Of a stretch of 48,262 bases of DNA, positions 43,938-48,262 are shown in pieces; position 1 is the stretch's first letter, and every line of letters begins with the position of its first letter. The notes under the pieces were generated by a model. The model was not told the origin of the DNA. It did not search any database and was given only the letters and a program-made list of their open reading frames with translations. Origin of the DNA: Shigella phage Sd1. The position numbers were made by a program, and so were the translations under genes. The stretch is from sequence record MF158042. One strand, 5' to 3'.

Positions 43938-44617
43938 AAAAGGTAATTTACTGCCTGTTTGATGGTTCAGGTATCGCTGGCCTGCCATGGGCTGAGAATG
44001 GTCACACAGTCTACTGCTTCAACGCGGACTCAGGTAATCATGGCGAATATCACATTAAGATGCAGCATGAGAATATCCACTATATCAACATGTGGATTGA
44101 TAAGGATTTCATCACTAAGTGCGAATTGCTCGGGCTTCCTCCGGCGCAGATGGTTATCGGCTTCCCTGATTGCACGCTGTTCTCTCAGTCAGGATCACAG
44201 CATGAGCGGGGTGAAGATGAACTGGCGTACGCCCTGGCTAATGCTAAGCTTGTCGAAGAGGTTGGCAATCACTTTAATGCTCCATGGATGGTTGAGAATC
44301 CGGTAGGTAAGCTGTCAACTCTATGGCGTAAGCCTGATTTCTATTTCAACCCGTATGAGTACGGAGGGCTAATGAATGCTCATGATCTGCCGTACCACGA
44401 AAAAATGCCAAAATACGACGGATACACCAAGAAAACTTGCATCTGGCATGGCAACGGATTCGTTGAGCCAGTGAAGAATCCCGGGCCGATTAACATCGGT
44501 TTCTTTTGGGGATGGAAGTACCTCGGCGGGAAGTCTGCTAAGACTAAGCAGTTGCGCTCACTGACTCCACGTGGATTTGCGCGCGCCGTATACCTGGCGA
44601 ATCATTTAACCAAATAG
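43934..44617 (+). CDS. Compact DNA methyltransferase-like protein (C5-cytosine MTase-like motifs)
   Basis: Motif I-like LFDGSGIAG near N-terminus, motif IV-like GFPDCTLFSQSG, motif VI-like ENPVG; no DPPY/NPPY seen. Confidence 0.45.
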   Translation: MKKVIYCLFDGSGIAGLPWAENGHTVYCFNADSGNHGEYHIKMQHENIHYINMWIDKDFITKCELLGLPPAQMVIGFPDCTLFSQSGSQHERGEDELAYALANAKLVEEVGNHFNAPWMVENPVGKLSTLWRKPDFYFNPYEYGGLMNAHDLPYHEKMPKYDGYTKKTCIWHGNGFVEPVKNPGPINIGFFWGWKYLGGKSAKTKQLRSLTPRGFARAVYLANHLTK

Positions 44618-44657
44618 CACGAATTGCTAAAGCCCTTCGGGGCTTATGCTGTATATT
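44615..44657 (+). promoter_or_regulatory. Palindrome-type promoter P11 (tagcacgaattgcta, hairpin in 22-bp spacer, TATATT)
   Basis: Site overlaps MTase stop codon; spacer contains agccc-ttcg-gggct hairpin; leader catatcatcgaaacgaaac. Confidence 0.55.
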
Positions 44658-44695
44658 CATATCATCGAAACGAAACACACTAAAGGAAAGTAATC

Positions 44696-45049
44696 ATGGC
44701 TACCACTCTGACTAAGAATTTTGTTTCTAGCGAAAACAAGTTATATAAAGCTCGAGTAAAAGATGGTGTAGAGCAAATTAAACTCGATGGAAAATGGGTT
44801 AACCTAGGAATGATGGGTCATTACATTAAAACAAAGACACTGCTTTGCACCAAGGTTGACCATAGCAATCCGCTAAAGAAATCTTTCACTGAAGGCAAGC
44901 GTTATCAGATTGATATGCACGCAGGGTTGGGTCGCAATGCTGGCTATATCTATGATAATGACGGTGACGGATGGCAGCTCACTCTCGATGATGAAGTTGG
45001 TTATGATGTTGGTTTTGGAATGTATAAATTTGAGGCCGCTTACAAATGA
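44696..45049 (+). CDS. Hypothetical protein
   Basis: ORF. Confidence 0.4.
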   Translation: MATTLTKNFVSSENKLYKARVKDGVEQIKLDGKWVNLGMMGHYIKTKTLLCTKVDHSNPLKKSFTEGKRYQIDMHAGLGRNAGYIYDNDGDGWQLTLDDEVGYDVGFGMYKFEAAYK

Positions 45050-45231
45050 AGAGGATTAGAGTTTTATGCTCGGCCACCAGAGATATAGTGGTAGGTGGCG
45101 AAGTAATAATAAAGGCTGGACATACATTTAAGTGCTATATGGTTGGTGTTGGTCATTATTATGTCAATAGAAAAGGGATGAGATTTAACTTGATTGATGG
45201 TGAGTTTAAAGTAAATAGCATTTTTTGTTAA
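45046..45231 (+). CDS. Hypothetical protein
   Basis: ORF, ATGA overlap. Confidence 0.35.
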   Translation: MKRIRVLCSATRDIVVGGEVIIKAGHTFKCYMVGVGHYYVNRKGMRFNLIDGEFKVNSIFC

Positions 45232-45259
45232 TGACACTACCCGCTTCGGCGGGTATATT
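45216..45259 (+). promoter_or_regulatory. Palindrome-type promoter P15 (variant site tagcattttttgtta, hairpin in 23-bp spacer, TATATT)
   Basis: Site overlaps stop codon; spacer contains cccgc-ttcg-gcggg hairpin; leader caatcgataacaacgagagag. Confidence 0.5.
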
Positions 45260-45291
45260 TATATCAATCGATAACAACGAGAGAGAATAAG

Positions 45292-46875
45292 ATGTTTGAT
45301 TTTAACGAAGACAAGTTATCAGTAGAACAAGTGATGTCTGTCGCTGCGGCTGAAAATCTACCACCATTGCGAGTCGCAATTAATGCAAATGGCTATCGTC
45401 AGAGTGCATCATTCTGGAAAGCTCCGGTCGAGATTGATTCAACTGGTGATAAATATCCGGTTATCTCACTTGGTAATGATTGTGACGTTGTTGGTAAGCT
45501 ATCAGCCAACATTGCGCGCTCAGTTCAGTTCCCTGAGTCATCCGCTTATATGCATTTTCTTGGCTGCATATCAGCGGCAATGCTTGGTCGATTCACTGTT
45601 GAATACCATGGAACTCAGCAGCCGACATCCCTATACGTCGTAACCAGTCAGCCTCCATCAACTGGTAAGTCAGCCATTAACTCACTCGCACTAGCGCCAA
45701 TGATTGCTGAGACTGAGCGACTTAATGAATTACGCAAGCGTGAGCGTAAGAAGATTATGGCTAAGCTGTCATCTCTGGCAAAAGAGATGAAGCAAGAGAA
45801 GTCACCATCAGAAATGGCTGGATTATTCGAAGAGAAAGAGGAGCTGGAGGAGAAGCTCGAGAAGCTATGCGATATCGTTTTCCCCGTGTCCGATACCACA
45901 CCTGAGGGCCTTGCCAGAATAAACAACCGCCAGGGTAACTTTGCGGTTATCTCGGATGAAGCAACTAGCGTCAACTCACTGCTTGGCATGACCTATGGTG
46001 ATGGCTCAAAGAAAACTAACAGCGAACTGGTACTCAAGGCGTGGGATGCTGGTAACGTATCTATCGCGCGTGCGAATGCTGAGAATAACATGAGTTTCGT
46101 AGCAATGGGGTGTATCTCTGTTATTGCGCAGGATGAGACAATAAACGCCATCATGAATGCCGGCGCGCGCGGTATCGGTGTGTCAGAGCGTTTTCTACTT
46201 GTGCGTGAAAAGTCATTCCTTGGCGAGCGTGTATTCGTCGATGAGAATGGTAACTCAACTTACGAGCCAATTGATGGTGAGCTTAAGGCTAACTACTTCC
46301 GCCTGGTTCACGAAATCATGAATGAGCAAGAAGTAAAGTTGACGGTTAGCAACTCAGCAATGAAGTACCTCAACCGAGCACGCCAGGAGATGGAACCTCA
46401 CCTTGCTGACGGCGGTAAGTATTCACACACAATGCTTAGAGGTGCGCTTGGTAAAATGGATAAACAGGTAATTCGCCTTGCTGCAGTTCTTCACACTATC
46501 AGCAACTGGTTCAGCCATAATGGCGGGAGTCCGCAGAAGTCCAGAGAGATTGAACTGGAAACGATGCAAGAGGCTTTATTGATGTTTGATGAGCTGAGTA
46601 AAACTTATCTATCTTCCGCTAACGCCGCTGGTCATGCAGGTGACAATGCGGAGATGAATAAGCTAATTGATATCCTGATTAAGCAAGGCAGGAATAGTAA
46701 AGGAGTTGTAGGCTTGCGCTCACTCTATGAAGCAGCACGCAAGGTTAAGCCTTTTGAGGCTCAGTCTGGCGTAATGGCTAAGATTAAAGACCACTTACTT
46801 CCGATGCTTGATGAGAAAAACTACACCTGCCTGATTGGTGATAAGGTTTACATTAATCCGCGACTGCTGGGGTGA
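45292..46875 (+). CDS. Walker-A ATPase, possible replication-associated protein
   Basis: P-loop VVTSQPPSTGKS followed by acidic coiled region; largest plus-strand early protein; a DUF3987-type fold is a guess. Confidence 0.4.
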   Translation: MFDFNEDKLSVEQVMSVAAAENLPPLRVAINANGYRQSASFWKAPVEIDSTGDKYPVISLGNDCDVVGKLSANIARSVQFPESSAYMHFLGCISAAMLGRFTVEYHGTQQPTSLYVVTSQPPSTGKSAINSLALAPMIAETERLNELRKRERKKIMAKLSSLAKEMKQEKSPSEMAGLFEEKEELEEKLEKLCDIVFPVSDTTPEGLARINNRQGNFAVISDEATSVNSLLGMTYGDGSKKTNSELVLKAWDAGNVSIARANAENNMSFVAMGCISVIAQDETINAIMNAGARGIGVSERFLLVREKSFLGERVFVDENGNSTYEPIDGELKANYFRLVHEIMNEQEVKLTVSNSAMKYLNRARQEMEPHLADGGKYSHTMLRGALGKMDKQVIRLAAVLHTISNWFSHNGGSPQKSREIELETMQEALLMFDELSKTYLSSANAAGHAGDNAEMNKLIDILIKQGRNSKGVVGLRSLYEAARKVKPFEAQSGVMAKIKDHLLPMLDEKNYTCLIGDKVYINPRLLG

Positions 46876-46974
46876 CTTATGAGAAAGATTGAAAGTTTTG
46901 TCATGTATTCACTAATACCGATTCACTTGATTAGCATTTTGTTTTGCATACTATCATTAATTTATGGGTGATTT

Positions 46975-47310
46975 ATGTTTTTACTAGATGTGTTCAAGTT
47001 CTGCGAGAGCTATGAAAGGTTTAACAGGCAGCACCTGGCGGTATTCATTTACCGCCACAAAGACTGCGAGCGGATGGCGAAGGCCGCTGGAGTTACTACT
47101 CGTTACTTTGCATCATCTGCGTCAAAGGAGTTTCTAGCAAGATGCATGACTGCAGGTTACATCGATGGGGTTAATGGTAACTACTGGAGTAAGGGTAGTA
47201 CAAAGCGACCGTTCGGATTCAGCTTCAGATGCCTTAATGGTGAGATTGATAAGTACACCAATGATATGATGACGATAAAAGAAATGACAGACGACCAATT
47301 GTTCGCATAA
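46975..47310 (+). CDS. Hypothetical protein
   Basis: ORF preceded by sigma70-like TTGATT-16-TACTAT. Confidence 0.4.
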   Translation: MFLLDVFKFCESYERFNRQHLAVFIYRHKDCERMAKAAGVTTRYFASSASKEFLARCMTAGYIDGVNGNYWSKGSTKRPFGFSFRCLNGEIDKYTNDMMTIKEMTDDQLFA

Positions 47311-47312
47311 AA

Positions 47313-47340
47313 GAAAGGAGCCTTTAGGCTCCTTTTTTGT
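47313..47340. terminator. Bidirectional rho-independent terminator (ggagcc-ttta-ggctcc)
   Basis: Perfect 6-bp stem, TTTTTT downstream on plus strand; spanin stop codon lies in the loop. Confidence 0.7.
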
Positions 47341-47728
47341 TTCCTGCAAATCTTAAAGCGAAGTAAGTTAACAAACCAGAAACCAACCCAGCCAGAACTC
47401 CCCATACTAATGAGTCAACCCCAGAGTTTTCGGTGCTATGAATTTCAATCTTTTCAGCGGTTATTGTGTTAGCTGATAGACCTGTAGCAGCAGTCTTTTT
47501 CTGGCTTGATGAGTCTACATCTCTGTTAGTTGAGTTGCGCATATCGCTATCTACTGCGCTGGATTTATCTGTTTGGCTGGATACTCCAAGCCCAGTCTTC
47601 TGATTAGACTCACCAACCTGCGCGGTTGCTTCAATGCCATCCTTTGCTGGTAATAAATCAGAAATATCCGACAGGCCAGAGCAACCAGTCAGTAATGCAG
47701 TTGCAATAATTATAGCTCCGACACGCAT
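47324..47728 (-). CDS. Unimolecular spanin (u-spanin)
   Basis: N-terminal signal peptide with lipobox LLTGC and C-terminal TM segment SLVWGVLAGLVSGLLTYFALRF. Confidence 0.6.
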   Translation of the reverse strand: MRVGAIIIATALLTGCSGLSDISDLLPAKDGIEATAQVGESNQKTGLGVSSQTDKSSAVDSDMRNSTNRDVDSSSQKKTAATGLSANTITAEKIEIHSTENSGVDSLVWGVLAGLVSGLLTYFALRFAGNKKGA

Positions 47729-48195
47729 AACTTAATCTCCGCGTTACGCCTGTTAACCAGGCCTTTGCTAACAACCTTCTTCCCACCAACGGTGATTTTA
47801 TTCCACATGGAGAATGCATCGCATCCGCCTAGGATATCACCACGATTCATCCGCCTGATAACCGTTGAGTTACGCATTGCGTTAGTGCCAATATTGTATG
47901 ACAAGCTGTAGAGTGCCGCCCTGGTGCTTACCGGAACATCCACTTTTAAAGCCTTATCTACTGCCGCCTTATGGATTGCAAGGTGCTTCATGAGAAGTGC
48001 GTCGCACTCGCGCTTTGTGTATACCTTCCCTGGAATAACGTCTGAACCAGTGATGCCTGCGCAAATAGTCCACACCCCAGCAACATCCCTGTAAGGCCTG
48101 TACTCAACACCCTCATGCTCATTCAGGAATGGAACCGCCAACGCCATTGCGCCAGCTACAGCCGAACCAATGACCTTATTCTTGATGCTCATCAT
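47710..48195 (-). CDS. Endolysin (phage lysozyme with N-terminal SAR-like signal anchor); 5' part also present at 1-249
   Basis: N-terminal weakly hydrophobic Gly/Ala-rich segment KVIGSAVAGAMALAVPF followed by EGVEYRPYRDVAGVWTICAGIT lysozyme-type catalytic region. Confidence 0.7.
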   Translation of the reverse strand: MMSIKNKVIGSAVAGAMALAVPFLNEHEGVEYRPYRDVAGVWTICAGITGSDVIPGKVYTKRECDALLMKHLAIHKAAVDKALKVDVPVSTRAALYSLSYNIGTNAMRNSTVIRRMNRGDILGGCDAFSMWNKITVGGKKVVSKGLVNRRNAEIKLCVSEL

Positions 48196-48262
48196 TTACT
48201 CCTGATTCTCATTGCCTCGCGAATGTCGCCATCCTCAAGTGCTTTATGGAGCGCTTTACTGT
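47947..48262. repeat. Second copy of the terminal duplication (equals 1-316)
   Basis: Same as above. Confidence 0.9.

Noticed and set aside
1197-45230. Reading the TTGCTA arm of the palindrome as an ordinary sigma70 -35 hexamer
   Set aside because: Distance to the TATANT box is consistently 22 bp rather than 16-18, and no better -35 appears at the canonical spacing.
1197-45230. Repeated 15-bp palindromes as a CRISPR array or transposon inverted repeats
   Set aside because: Copies are dispersed at intergenic positions throughout the genome, not in a spacer-separated array, and always sit at fixed distance from a -10 box and start codon.
1-48262. Temperate lifestyle (integrase, repressor, attachment site)
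   Set aside because: No tyrosine or serine recombinase-like ORF and no CI-like repressor recognised; the Rha-like and HTH proteins alone do not indicate lysogeny.

Overview
The window is one complete, circularly permuted genome of a tailed dsDNA phage (siphovirus-type, T1-like by gene content; this family assignment is inference). The unit length is about 47,946 bp, because positions 1-316 are repeated exactly at 47947-48262. No integrase or repressor was recognised, so it looks virulent. Most genes are on the minus strand: a lysis cassette that wraps the window ends (pinholin-like holin, SAR-type endolysin, unimolecular spanin), an early block of small genes with VRR-NUC nuclease, SF2 helicase, SSB, ERF-like annealase, PD-(D/E)XK exonuclease and a Rha-like regulator, then a lambda-like tail module (J, I, K, L, M, tape measure, G/GT chaperone, major tail) and a head module (capsid, protease/scaffold, portal, terminase). 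Plus-strand islands carry an HTH protein, primase, a beta-helix tailspike, a small membrane protein plus lipoprotein, a C5-methyltransferase-like protein and a Walker-A ATPase. Two tRNA genes sit upstream of the terminase. The points I rate highest are (i) a promoter architecture repeated at least 14 times, built on a TAGCA-N5-TGCTA palindrome 22 bp upstream of a -10 box, (ii) an SGNH-hydrolase plus collagen-like gene pair inserted in the capsid module between identical 20-bp terminator sequences, (iii) two paralogous HNH-AP2 endonuclease genes inside structural operons, and (iv) two AT-rich non-coding hubs sharing short motifs. All calls are from reading the sequence and ORF translations; no database search was run. 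Coordinates of motifs and small unlisted ORFs are hand-indexed and may be off by 1-2 bp.
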